Part shown: one piece after another, positions 10,345 to 19,417 of the stretch
Layout of the letters: each line of letters opens with the position of its first letter
How positions within the stretch are numbered: position 1 is the first letter of the stretch
Virus record (IMG/VR): IMGVR_UViG_3300025124_000003
DNA: 61,530 bases
Direction: 5' to 3' (one strand)
Source: an uncultured virus (IMG/VR IMGVR_UViG_3300025124_000003)
Lineage: Duplodnaviria; Heunggongvirae; Uroviricota; Caudoviricetes
Translations under genes and position numbers: made by a program
The notes under the pieces: model-generated
Database searches by the model: none
The model's input: the letters and a program-made list of their open reading frames with translations, nothing else
Told to the model about the DNA's origin: nothing

Positions 10345-10827
10345 ATGACAGATTACACTCACATGTTAAGTGTTTATAACGAGGAAACTAAAGCAGTCCT
10401 CAATAAAATACGTGAAGAATTGAACGAGGATAGTATATTTAAAAAGTTGGAAGAGGAATATAATGTATATGATCTTCTTACTTTTAATGAATTTAATATT
10501 CAAGAAAGATTACAACGTCTATCGTTCCACATGAAAGACTTTCGCCTCAAATTTTTGCAAGAACAGTCCAAGTTATCTACCGTCGAAGACCGTTTGGCAC
10601 AGATGATCGGTGATAAATATATATCATTGAAAGACGGTGCGGTCACTTTAACAAAAACTGAAATAGAACGATATTATTTACCTAAAGATCCTGATCTGAT
10701 AAAATTAAAAGGTTTGGTCAGAAAGCAGGAAATGAGGGTTAAATATTTCGAGACTATTTGGCAAGCAATGGATAAATTACAATGGAATATGAAATTATTC
10801 TGTGAGAACGGTAAAGGCGGTTATTGA
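10345..10827 (+). CDS. uvsY: UvsY-like recombination mediator
   Basis: Helical 160-aa ORF with LTKTEIERYY..DPDL...WNMK, directly upstream of uvsW as in T4-like phages. Confidence 0.65.
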   Translation: MTDYTHMLSVYNEETKAVLNKIREELNEDSIFKKLEEEYNVYDLLTFNEFNIQERLQRLSFHMKDFRLKFLQEQSKLSTVEDRLAQMIGDKYISLKDGAVTLTKTEIERYYLPKDPDLIKLKGLVRKQEMRVKYFETIWQAMDKLQWNMKLFCENGKGGY

Positions 10828-10830
10828 TTA

Positions 10831-11784
10831 GTGGTTAATTTAGAATTACATGATCCTCTTCATATCAGAATCGATACAGAAAATTGGACATATCTCACCG
10901 AAGTAAAAGAATATTTCCGTCATTACGTTGACGGTTATAAGTTTATGTTACAATATAAGTGCGGAAGCTGGGATGGTAAAGTTGGTCTTATGGACTCCGT
11001 GAAGAGGACTATACCTTATGGTCTACTATTAGAGTTAATTAAGTATCATAAGAAAGAATGGTCAGAATTACCTTATACACTTTCATCCGAAGTAAAGTCT
11101 TTATTTGTCGGAATCAAACCCGAATATCACAAAAACTTAAAATTTCAACCATATAACTATCAAGATGATTGTATCTCTGCGTGTCTTAAGACAGGTAAAG
11201 GCATCATCAGGTCTGCAACGGCCAGTGGTAAAAGTTTAATGATATCATATGTTGTTAAAGCACTACAAGAAAAGAATTTAACAAAAAACGGTATAATTAT
11301 TGTGCCTTCTGTTGGTCTGGTCACTCAGTTCTATGGTGATATGAAAGAATATGGAGTGGATATGTCTACTGTTGGGCGTGTTGGTGATAAGTGGAAGGAA
11401 TGGAACAACCCTTTAATTATCAGTACTTGGCAGTCACTAAACAATGTAAAACACTATATGGAACATATGGATATGGTTATTGTGGATGAGTGTGTTGATG
11501 GCGATACTCTCATAAAAACCGACAATGGCTATAAAAAGATAAAAGATTTGGTTATAGGGGACATCGTTATTTCGTATAACACCGAAACTAATGAATATGA
11601 ACAAGATATAATTGAAGATGTATACGAAAACATGACTATATCATCTAACGAGAGAATGTATGAGTTAGAATTTGATGGTGGTGAAATATTAAGAGTTACA
11701 GGTAATCATAAAATACTTACCGATAAAGGTTATATCAGGGCAGATGAGTTAACTTGTGAACATGATGTTATAGGGTTTGAATAA
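10831..11784 (+). CDS. uvsW: UvsW SF2 helicase, fragment 1, fused to split-intein N-half
   Basis: WDGK, YQ, ATASGKS, ISTWQSL, VIVDE, then intein starting CVDGDTLI. Confidence 0.92.
   Translation: MVNLELHDPLHIRIDTENWTYLTEVKEYFRHYVDGYKFMLQYKCGSWDGKVGLMDSVKRTIPYGLLLELIKYHKKEWSELPYTLSSEVKSLFVGIKPEYHKNLKFQPYNYQDDCISACLKTGKGIIRSATASGKSLMISYVVKALQEKNLTKNGIIIVPSVGLVTQFYGDMKEYGVDMSTVGRVGDKWKEWNNPLIISTWQSLNNVKHYMEHMDMVIVDECVDGDTLIKTDNGYKKIKDLVIGDIVISYNTETNEYEQDIIEDVYENMTISSNERMYELEFDGGEILRVTGNHKILTDKGYIRADELTCEHDVIGFE
11491..11781 (+). mobile_element. Split intein N-half (IntN, 97 aa)
   Basis: Block A CVDGDTLIKT and block B VTGNHKILT; ends at a stop codon. Confidence 0.9.
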
Positions 11785-11789
11785 AAAAA

Positions 11790-11797
11790 TATAAATA
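11790..11797 (+). promoter_or_regulatory. T4-type late promoter TATAAATA
   Basis: Exact gp55 consensus just upstream of the endonuclease gene. Confidence 0.65.
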
Positions 11798-11830
11798 CCT
11801 ATAAGTTCACATCACAAGAGGGTATGTATT

Positions 11831-12763
11831 ATGAGAAACAACGAAATATCAAGACATAACAACCATAGAAACAAACTAAACGATGTATTAGAAAAAAATA
11901 ATCAATTACTCAGAGTAAAGAACTACAGCCCAACGAAATCTGTATTGTCTAATGGTCTTGTTATTGAAAGAAGAAACGATGTAATTACTCTTAACAGAAG
12001 AATATTAAAATCGCCATATGTAACCATGTTTGATTTATTATATAACATAGACTCTAATATAAGGGAAAAATATTATAGACAAATGAAGCATGATATTGCA
12101 AAAAAGGGCGGTCTTGGTTGTCAGGACAAACATGGTGATAAGATACGTAACAACTTAAACACTGGTAACCCTTGGAATAAAGACATACAAACAGGATTAT
12201 CTCCTTGGAATAAAGGACTAACAAAAGAAGATGATGACCGTTTGTTAAAACTTTCTTGTGATAGGATGGGTGAAGGCAACCCTTCATTTGGTGTTATACC
12301 TACAAAAGAGCAAAGATATAAACAATCTGTTTCTGTTAAAAAGTTGATTATGAATGGAGATTTTACACCAAATATTCATAATTCACATACACATTGGCAA
12401 GTATATTATAACAATAAAAAATATAGATCGTCATGGGAAGCATTCTTTCACCACTTCAATCAAGATTATGAATACGAAACCTTGAGAATACCGTATAATA
12501 TTGAAGGCAAAGATAAGATATATATCGTGGATTTTGTTAATCATAACACAAAACACATTGTAGAACTAAAACCAATGTGTAGAGTTAATGGGAAGGTAGA
12601 ACGTACCAAAGAAGAGTGTTTGTCTGAATGGTGTTATCTTAACGGATACACTTATGACATTTTAACAGAAGAATATATAACAGATAACATTCATCGTCTC
12701 GCTGATGGTGTGTTTGATGAAGAAACCACAAGGAAATTAAATGCGACTCGTAAAAAGAACTGA
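11831..12763 (+). CDS. Free-standing homing endonuclease (NUMOD repeats plus TnsA-like PD-(D/E)XK domain)
   Basis: PWNK repeats, GEGNP, YRSSWE, YEYE, YIVDF...VELKP; lies between the intein halves. Confidence 0.8.
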   Translation: MRNNEISRHNNHRNKLNDVLEKNNQLLRVKNYSPTKSVLSNGLVIERRNDVITLNRRILKSPYVTMFDLLYNIDSNIREKYYRQMKHDIAKKGGLGCQDKHGDKIRNNLNTGNPWNKDIQTGLSPWNKGLTKEDDDRLLKLSCDRMGEGNPSFGVIPTKEQRYKQSVSVKKLIMNGDFTPNIHNSHTHWQVYYNNKKYRSSWEAFFHHFNQDYEYETLRIPYNIEGKDKIYIVDFVNHNTKHIVELKPMCRVNGKVERTKEECLSEWCYLNGYTYDILTEEYITDNIHRLADGVFDEETTRKLNATRKKN

Positions 12764-12845
12764 AATTGAAAAACCTGATAAGGTATACAATCTCCATGTA
12801 AAAAATAATAACAATTATATCGCCAATGATATAGTTGTATCCAAT
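12741..12845 (+). mobile_element. Split intein C-half (IntC, 35 aa)
   Basis: Blocks F/G ending SN, followed by Cys+1. Confidence 0.9.
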
Positions 12846-13544
12846 TGTCATGGCTGCAAAGCAATCGTATTAAATGAATTGTTACAAATGTGTCCTAATG
12901 CAAGATGGAGATTTGGTTTTACTGGTACAATGCCCTCTCAACAGTTGGATTGTCTACAAGTTCAATCCTATCTCGGTCCGGTATTACGTGAATATGGTGC
13001 CTCAAGATTAGCCAAGATGGGTTACGTTGCAGAAGCATTCATTAAAATGGTTCATATTGAATATAAAGTACCACCGAGAAGTAGTCATACAGGAAAAAAG
13101 GATATATGCTCTGATAATTCACATCGCCAAGGTCTAGCTAATTATAACGAAATAAAGGATATATGTTTTAATAATTCATATCGTCAGGGTCTAATCAAGG
13201 ACATCATTAAGAATTCGGACGGTAATGTGTTGATTCTTGTAGGTAAGGTGTCGGATGAGGGTGAAACATTAAAGACGGTTTTAGAGGAAGATGAGACCCT
13301 TAAAGATCATGAAATAAAGTTCTTAAGTGGTAAAGATTCTGCTACAAAAAGAGAAAGATGGCGTAAATGTATGGATGATCAGGGTGAAAAGGTGATTAAA
13401 CTTTTTTTCGGTGAAACTGAGATACAAATTAGTCCTGATGAAAATATTCCTCTCACGGATGGCAGTTTCAAGAAAGCATCAGAAATCACCATTGATGATG
13501 ATATTGCTGACGATTGGATTACAAGTAATATTAGTAAAGATTGA
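12741..13544 (+). CDS. uvsW: UvsW fragment 2, preceded by split-intein C-half
   Basis: VYNLHV..NYIANDIVVSN|CH restores DECH; FGFTGT motif III; FLSG. Confidence 0.9.
   Translation: MRLVKRTEIEKPDKVYNLHVKNNNNYIANDIVVSNCHGCKAIVLNELLQMCPNARWRFGFTGTMPSQQLDCLQVQSYLGPVLREYGASRLAKMGYVAEAFIKMVHIEYKVPPRSSHTGKKDICSDNSHRQGLANYNEIKDICFNNSYRQGLIKDIIKNSDGNVLILVGKVSDEGETLKTVLEEDETLKDHEIKFLSGKDSATKRERWRKCMDDQGEKVIKLFFGETEIQISPDENIPLTDGSFKKASEITIDDDIADDWITSNISKD
13098..13193 (+). repeat. Imperfect direct repeat (57-bp period) inside uvsW
   Basis: KDICSDNSHRQGL / KDICFNNSYRQGL. Confidence 0.8.
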
Positions 13545-13573
13545 TTACGAATATAAGGTGTGACACATAATAA

Positions 13574-14398
13574 ATGATGACACAAAAACAGACAAAAGAA
13601 AAACTAGACAAACATTACACAAATGTTGATGTTTCGAAGAAATTGGTGAGCCTTATAAATCAGGATGATTATGACCACATAATAGAACCCTCTGCTGGTG
13701 ATGGTTCTATATGTAATTTTATAGATGCATCAAAGCTAATTGCCTTAGATATCGCACCCGAAAATGATGATGTTATAAAAAAAATGGACTTCTTTGATTT
13801 TGATATGCGCCCCAAAGATGGTCAGAAAATTCTAACCATCGGCAATCCGCCATTTGGATTCAGAGCGCAATTGGCTATCGAATTCTTTAATCATGCAGCA
13901 AAGTATAGTGATACTATAGCATTTATACTACCAAGATCGTTTAAAAAAGCATATATAATTAACCAGCTTGACACAAGATTTCACTTGGATCAGCAATTGA
14001 ATGTTGATATTGGATCATTTGTATCAGGTACAAACGCTAGATGTTGTATTCAGGTCTGGAAAAAAGATTTTTTTCCTAGAAAGAAAATAATATTACCAAA
14101 ACATTCATCTGATTTCCAAGTCATACCACAGGGGAATAAATTTGATATAAACAACACTAACTATGCTATTCGTAGAACAGGATACAGCAATCGTGTAGGT
14201 GAGTTAATTGAATCTAGCTATGCAACCCCAATAACACAATTTATATTCTTAAAAGTTGACAGTGATATTATTGTTTCAAAGTTAAAAAAACTAAATCATT
14301 TATTGTATAAATATTCGTATGATACAACTGCAATAAGCCCCACGTTTACAATAGGGGAATTTATACAATTATACGAGGATAATAAAGATAACTTATGA
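13574..14398 (+). CDS. Amino (probably N6-adenine) DNA methyltransferase
   Basis: IEPSAGDG SAM motif, IGNPPFG catalytic motif, AFILP. Confidence 0.88.
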   Translation: MMTQKQTKEKLDKHYTNVDVSKKLVSLINQDDYDHIIEPSAGDGSICNFIDASKLIALDIAPENDDVIKKMDFFDFDMRPKDGQKILTIGNPPFGFRAQLAIEFFNHAAKYSDTIAFILPRSFKKAYIINQLDTRFHLDQQLNVDIGSFVSGTNARCCIQVWKKDFFPRKKIILPKHSSDFQVIPQGNKFDINNTNYAIRRTGYSNRVGELIESSYATPITQFIFLKVDSDIIVSKLKKLNHLLYKYSYDTTAISPTFTIGEFIQLYEDNKDNL

Positions 14399-15552
14399 AA
14401 TTCGAACAATATTTACTTGAGGGTGGGAAGTCTGGTGCCGAACGGTACAATACCGAATTAGCATGTCTTCTAGCATATACTACAAAGACTCAGAATTTAA
14501 AAGGATTTGATCCTACCAGTCTTGAGTTTGACCCTAGTTTATGGTGGGATTCCAATAAATTGGAAAATCCTGATCACGTTTATTCAGAAATACTTAAATT
14601 TCTTCCTATAAACTATAACGCTAACGTATTCAATACATATTATGAAATATCAAAGTCCAGAAAAAAATTAGTCACAGGTAAAGTCGGATCAATACCAAAA
14701 TTATTTTGGGTGGGCGGTACAAATGCCAAGGGTGATGATAGTAATCCAGCTGACGTTGAATTTGTTGGTTCTTCTGCGTTCGGCATTTCGATTAAAGGGA
14801 AGCAAGGTATCACATTATCTAATTTGTCACCCTCACATCTTGGTATAGAAAACCCCAAAGGAGTTGATAGTATAAAATTTTATTGTGATAAAGTTAGTAC
14901 GGGATTATATGATAAATGGAAGACTGTGGTTATGAAGTCAACTCTAGCAAAAGCCAAGAGTATGAAGGGAGAAATTTATGTTCCCGATAAAAGGTCACCA
15001 CACTATAATATCAGATATAATACGGATAATTCATATACTGTTGTTGCTAAAAACAAAAGTAAAGATTACACAGAAAGTGGATTGCTAGCCGAAGTTGGGC
15101 ATAATATTGAATTACATTCTGTGTTTGGGGCACATTTAACAGCAAATACCCAAGAATTCAGCACATTATCAAAGCAGGTATTTGAAGCGGCTGCTAATGG
15201 TGTTTTGCCTCTAATATCTAATGCATTAACAAACACACATGTTATAGAAAAATTGCTAAACTTTTCCGTTAAACCATATTTTTATCAGTCACAGAAGAGT
15301 CTATATTATGTTCCTTCAAGATCAGAACTGACAAACAACCCCTTAGAAATTAAAGATATTTCATATAATATTACTGATAAAAAAGCTACTGGTTTTGTAT
15401 TGAAAGTGAAGATCGGAAGAAAAGGATCTAAGGAAACCTCAACTATGGATTTGTGGTTGAGATACGCAAATAGAGTATTTGGTGCAAATGCCACGGTTCG
15501 TTTACAAGAACTAAAAAGTCCACAAAATATAGCTTGGGAAAAGCTAGCATAA
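14395..15552 (+). CDS. Putative restriction-type endonuclease with capsid-targeting-like N-terminus
   Basis: PADV...GISIK variant PD-(D/E)XK motif; overlaps the MTase stop; begins MKFEQYLLE. Confidence 0.55.
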   Translation: MKFEQYLLEGGKSGAERYNTELACLLAYTTKTQNLKGFDPTSLEFDPSLWWDSNKLENPDHVYSEILKFLPINYNANVFNTYYEISKSRKKLVTGKVGSIPKLFWVGGTNAKGDDSNPADVEFVGSSAFGISIKGKQGITLSNLSPSHLGIENPKGVDSIKFYCDKVSTGLYDKWKTVVMKSTLAKAKSMKGEIYVPDKRSPHYNIRYNTDNSYTVVAKNKSKDYTESGLLAEVGHNIELHSVFGAHLTANTQEFSTLSKQVFEAAANGVLPLISNALTNTHVIEKLLNFSVKPYFYQSQKSLYYVPSRSELTNNPLEIKDISYNITDKKATGFVLKVKIGRKGSKETSTMDLWLRYANRVFGANATVRLQELKSPQNIAWEKLA

Positions 15553-15569
15553 CAGGAGATACGTGACGC

Positions 15570-15911
15570 ATGAAACCAACAGAAGTAAAGGAGGATTTCG
15601 TGGCAAAGAAAATAGTTCTTATCGCCACTTACGGGATTTTCCAGCAGGGAATAAACATTAAATCACTGAGACACTTAATACTTGCATCACCATTTAAAAG
15701 TAAGATAAGAATCTTACAGAGTATAGGACGAACCTTGAGACTTCATGCAGATAAAGATAATGGTGCAATTGTTTGGGATATTTGCGATACAGAGAAGAAT
15801 CTAACCAAAAACTCAGAGACTAGACTCAAATATTACAACATTGAAGGTTTTGATGTGACAGAATACAATATCATAGAAGGTCAGAGGTATAAAGAAACCC
15901 TGTTCGATTGA
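15570..15911 (+). CDS. uvsW: UvsW fragment 3 (helicase motifs V-VI)
   Basis: LIATYGIFQQGINI, LQSIGRTLR; alternative GTG start at 15600 after AAGGAGG. Confidence 0.9.
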   Translation: MKPTEVKEDFVAKKIVLIATYGIFQQGINIKSLRHLILASPFKSKIRILQSIGRTLRLHADKDNGAIVWDICDTEKNLTKNSETRLKYYNIEGFDVTEYNIIEGQRYKETLFD

Positions 15912-15925
15912 TAACAGGGTTTTAT
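15895..15925. terminator. Likely bidirectional intrinsic terminator
   Basis: AAACCCTGTT...AACAGGGTTT hairpin between convergent genes. Confidence 0.65.
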
Positions 15926-16758
15926 TTTATTAAACGGAAAGCTTGTTTTCCACCATCTTTGGTTAATTTAAATTCCATGCCCAAAGTATCAGCAATATCC
16001 ACTAAAATTAGAGTAAAATCTTCATTTTTTTGGTATGTTACAATAGTTTCAGCCTCAGAATTGGTCACAATCGCCTGAACACCTAAACTCTTAATACTTA
16101 TCTTTGTGTTCTTGCCTTTTATGATAGCTTGTGCTAATAATTTCCTGTCATTCGCATCAGCAACCACCTCATTAACCATCTCTTCGGGTTCCCCTAAGTA
16201 ATTGTTAATTTTCTCCATTATGTCTAAATCGCCAATATGTTTCATAGGCACTTCTCTCCAATGATCATTTGTTTCGGGTTTTTCATTCTTAATTTCACTT
16301 TCAGTTCCACCCTTAGATAATTCTATTTTTGAAGGATCATCATCACTGATCTTTGCTGTTTGATTAGTACCGCTATCATCTTGATCCCCTGAACGCTTAT
16401 CCCATTTATCAGTCTGCATCTTAAGTTTCTCTTTTTGGGCATGTTTAAACAACCTTTTCCCTAATAATTCTCTTAAACCTAAGAGTGTCGTTGAATACCC
16501 TTTTATTGATCCCATACCAGATGAATTTTCAAATTCATCATAATTCCACCCTTGACCTAGATCCTCGGCTGGTACATACTTTATGGTTTTACCTGTTAAT
16601 CGATTATTTACAACAACAGGCACCATTTTATCACCAAACACAGTCGTACCAGTAGGAAGATCATCATCACCTGTAATACCAGATCCATCACCGGGATTAG
16701 TATATCCACCGGAAGATAGAGTTGTCGCCTCATTTAATTTATCGTAGAACTTTTTCAT
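15922..16758 (-). CDS. Hypothetical protein, possible internal virion protein
   Basis: MKKFYDKLNE N-terminus; Gly/Asp-rich. Confidence 0.55.
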   Translation of the reverse strand: MKKFYDKLNEATTLSSGGYTNPGDGSGITGDDDLPTGTTVFGDKMVPVVVNNRLTGKTIKYVPAEDLGQGWNYDEFENSSGMGSIKGYSTTLLGLRELLGKRLFKHAQKEKLKMQTDKWDKRSGDQDDSGTNQTAKISDDDPSKIELSKGGTESEIKNEKPETNDHWREVPMKHIGDLDIMEKINNYLGEPEEMVNEVVADANDRKLLAQAIIKGKNTKISIKSLGVQAIVTNSEAETIVTYQKNEDFTLILVDIADTLGMEFKLTKDGGKQAFRLIK

Positions 16759-17456
16759 CACGTAAACCACGCTTTTGTTCTATTTTGAATAAACTTCATA
16801 TCATATTCTTCCATATCCGTAAGGTATTTTCCACCCATCTCTTTTAAAGTATTTATAATTTCTTGCCCATGTGGGTTTTTCACTGGTCCCCCAAAAAATG
16901 GAAGTGTTTTTGAGTATAGATTTTGTACCACTTCATCAGTTAATTGTCCAGTATTATTGTCAACCTCTAAGAACCATTGAAAACGAGTCATATAGAATGA
17001 TTTCATCTTCTGAATTTTTTCGTAAGTTTCTTTTAACCAAGGGATATCAACATGTCTACCGCCATGGGCTTCGCGCTCCTGTGCCCTCTTAACTGCTTCG
17101 TCAAGGTCAGTATTGACCCATATCATACCAGTATCGTATCCCATCCCTGACAAAAGACCTTCTCTTGTCATGAGATTGTTTCTATTACCAGAAGTTCCGT
17201 CAATCCAAAGAGGTAACATAGAATTTAAATATAACAATAATTGATTATTATTAAGAAGTTTTATCTTCTCACTAAAACCATTCCACCCCCCGAAGAATTC
17301 TGTGAATTTATCGGTATTTACGACTCTGGGTTCATACCCACCTGACAATTTTTTTCTTACAAACGACTTTCCTGATCCCGGCGAACCTGCCATGAATATG
17401 GCCTTGAAAATACCCTTATCGTTAATGCTTTCGGTTATATACTGCTCAAGCCTCAT
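16758..17456 (-). CDS. Zeta-toxin-like P-loop kinase
   Basis: AIFMAGSPGSGKS, VNTD, IDGT, R..GGRHV; MRLEQYITE N-terminus. Confidence 0.8.
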   Translation of the reverse strand: MRLEQYITESINDKGIFKAIFMAGSPGSGKSFVRKKLSGGYEPRVVNTDKFTEFFGGWNGFSEKIKLLNNNQLLLYLNSMLPLWIDGTSGNRNNLMTREGLLSGMGYDTGMIWVNTDLDEAVKRAQEREAHGGRHVDIPWLKETYEKIQKMKSFYMTRFQWFLEVDNNTGQLTDEVVQNLYSKTLPFFGGPVKNPHGQEIINTLKEMGGKYLTDMEEYDMKFIQNRTKAWFT

Positions 17457-17461
17457 TAATT

Positions 17462-17848
17462 TCATATCTCCACTATTCTTAAATGTTCGCCTTCTATAAC
17501 AACTTCTCGTTGATATGGATCATTTACTCCACTCGGTTTCTTGTGTCTCGGAAAGAACGTAAGTAATATCAAATCCTTAACATCATCTATCTTTGCTATA
17601 AAAGCTTGTCCTAATGTTTTAGACCAAAAAACAATTTTTTCCCCTATCTTTACGGATTTACTTTCAATCTTCTTAATAGCATTTTTGAACATTGTCAACA
17701 TTTGAAAGTCCGTAATATCACTACGTTGTTTGATGCGTTGCTTACCATGCTCGGTATTAACTACCTTATGACCTTTCCATGAAAAAACGATACGTTTATT
17801 TAAGTCAAAATCACCATCACCTTCGTTTATGTATCGTTCAAATCTCAT
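17462..17848 (-). CDS. Hypothetical protein (possible BECR/RelE-like fold)
   Basis: TEHGKQRIKQR ... LLTFF pattern; MRFERYINE N-terminus. Confidence 0.45.
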   Translation of the reverse strand: MRFERYINEGDGDFDLNKRIVFSWKGHKVVNTEHGKQRIKQRSDITDFQMLTMFKNAIKKIESKSVKIGEKIVFWSKTLGQAFIAKIDDVKDLILLTFFPRHKKPSGVNDPYQREVVIEGEHLRIVEI

Positions 17849-18075
17849 TATTCTTCATAACCCAGCTTTATAGCTAAAAGACCTTGTTTTGATTTGGGAA
17901 CTTTTAACTGTTTGATAGCAAGCTGTTTTGCTCCATATAAATCTGTTGCTTGATCTTTGGTAATTTCAATGCGCTTACCACCATACATAGCAACCCATCC
18001 AGCAAAATCTCCTTTTGCCATCTCATCCAGTTTATCATTAATTCGATCTAATATGTTATTCATCACCATCTCCAT
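17848..18075 (-). CDS. Small hypothetical protein
   Basis: ORF abutting the downstream gene. Confidence 0.5.
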   Translation of the reverse strand: MEMVMNNILDRINDKLDEMAKGDFAGWVAMYGGKRIEITKDQATDLYGAKQLAIKQLKVPKSKQGLLAIKLGYEE

Positions 18076-18307
18076 CGCTTTTCTTTGTTGATATCTGCTG
18101 TATAGAAATTATATTTTCTACCATTAAGAGCATCTTCTAGTTCATGTCGAGTCGCACCGGCAAAACTAGCAACTCTGACAAGAAACCCCATTTCATCTTT
18201 GTCTTTTGATTTTTCCAATCTACTCACTCAAAGCTTCTACTCTGGACATCGGAGTTTTATTCCCCGAATAAATATTAGCATCTATTATATATCTTTCAAC
18301 TAATAAA

Positions 18308-18619
18308 TCAATGTCTATCATTATTTATCTCCTTGGTTTGTTTGTCATAACACTCCAATGACCCCAACAAACTTTTATTATAGGATTTCATTTTTTCTAC
18401 ATTTCCTACAAGAATATTTATATTAAAAGCACTTCCTATATGACTAGAATTATCAAGCTTTGTATATTCTGGTACTTTTGGTATAGGACATTTATTATAT
18501 ACGTAAATATATGATATTTTTGTAACAATTTCAGGTTCAGGTTTGGAAAACCAACCACATCCATTAATCCCCAAAAATAATGTTAATACGATGAACAGCT
18601 TCGGAACTTTTAACATCAT
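18308..18619 (-). CDS. o-spanin (Rz1-like lipoprotein)
   Basis: Hydrophobic signal plus lipobox INGC, CPIP; overlaps the i-spanin. Confidence 0.7.
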   Translation of the reverse strand: MMLKVPKLFIVLTLFLGINGCGWFSKPEPEIVTKISYIYVYNKCPIPKVPEYTKLDNSSHIGSAFNINILVGNVEKMKSYNKSLLGSLECYDKQTKEINNDRH

Positions 18620-18989
18620 TGACCACCTTACCCTGAGAGGGGACAACAGGGGTTTCGTCTTCATTAGTGAAACAGATTTTGTTATCATATAAATTTTGCC
18701 AATAAGCAACTTCATCGTAACATTTGGTTATCTGTTCTCTTAGAGCATCATTACTTGCAACCCAAGCATCAGACTGACCATTACAAACGTTGATAGCTTC
18801 TTGTAGTGTAGATTTACTGGTTTTACAAGTAGAATAATTTAATTCTATTTTTGCGATTTTAGTGCCCAATTCCGCAATTTTAACATCCTGTCTAGCGTTA
18901 TTAATGTATAATGTTCCGCATAACAAAAGCAACACAATTATGGCGACCACTGTTGGTCTTTTAATTATAGTCAGTATTGTTGTCCACAT
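18564..18989 (-). CDS. i-spanin (Rz-like)
   Basis: Single N-terminal TM followed by coiled coil. Confidence 0.7.
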   Translation of the reverse strand: MWTTILTIIKRPTVVAIIVLLLLCGTLYINNARQDVKIAELGTKIAKIELNYSTCKTSKSTLQEAINVCNGQSDAWVASNDALREQITKCYDEVAYWQNLYDNKICFTNEDETPVVPSQGKVVNDVKSSEAVHRINIIFGD

Positions 18990-18998
18990 ATTAACTCC

Positions 18999-19313
18999 TT
19001 AGATTCTTGGAGATCTATCATTATAAGGATCACTATAATTTTTTGCATCTGGTCCCGCAGAAAGATCTGACCTATTAAACCATGATGCTTTTTTCATGAG
19101 ATTATAGGTAGCTGTAATGTAAAGCATTTGTAAATGTGATGCTTGAATATCACCCGTTCCTGCTATCCAGATCCAAATTGCTATACCAAACACGATCCAG
19201 AACGAGATTCTACCTAAAGATGCTCGTTTATATTCACCTTTATCATTTCTCTCGGATAGTAAAGGAATGAAGAACTCCCATATTTTTTTAATGACACTCA
19301 TAGTAACCTCCAT
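18999..19313 (-). CDS. Putative holin
   Basis: Small membrane protein upstream of the spanins, under a late promoter. Confidence 0.55.
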   Translation of the reverse strand: MEVTMSVIKKIWEFFIPLLSERNDKGEYKRASLGRISFWIVFGIAIWIWIAGTGDIQASHLQMLYITATYNLMKKASWFNRSDLSAGPDAKNYSDPYNDRSPRI

Positions 19314-19325
19314 TAAGCATATATA

Positions 19326-19333
19326 TATTTATA
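19326..19333 (-). promoter_or_regulatory. Late promoter TATAAATA
   Basis: Exact consensus upstream of the lysis cassette. Confidence 0.7.
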
Positions 19334-19340
19334 TAAAAAA

Positions 19341-19368
19341 GGAGTACTAACCTTTAAGTTAATACTCC
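19341..19368 (-). terminator. Intrinsic terminator after the Ubl operon
   Basis: GGAGTA...TACTCC hairpin followed by a U-run on the - strand. Confidence 0.6.
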
Positions 19369-19417
19369 AATTACATCGGAGGATTTTTATATTCTTGAGT
19401 CTTATCTATGAAATCAT

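Noticed and set aside
13386..15600. Group I intron explaining the second uvsW break
   Set aside because: The insert is almost fully protein-coding, leaves no room for a catalytic core, and fragment 3 has its own SD.
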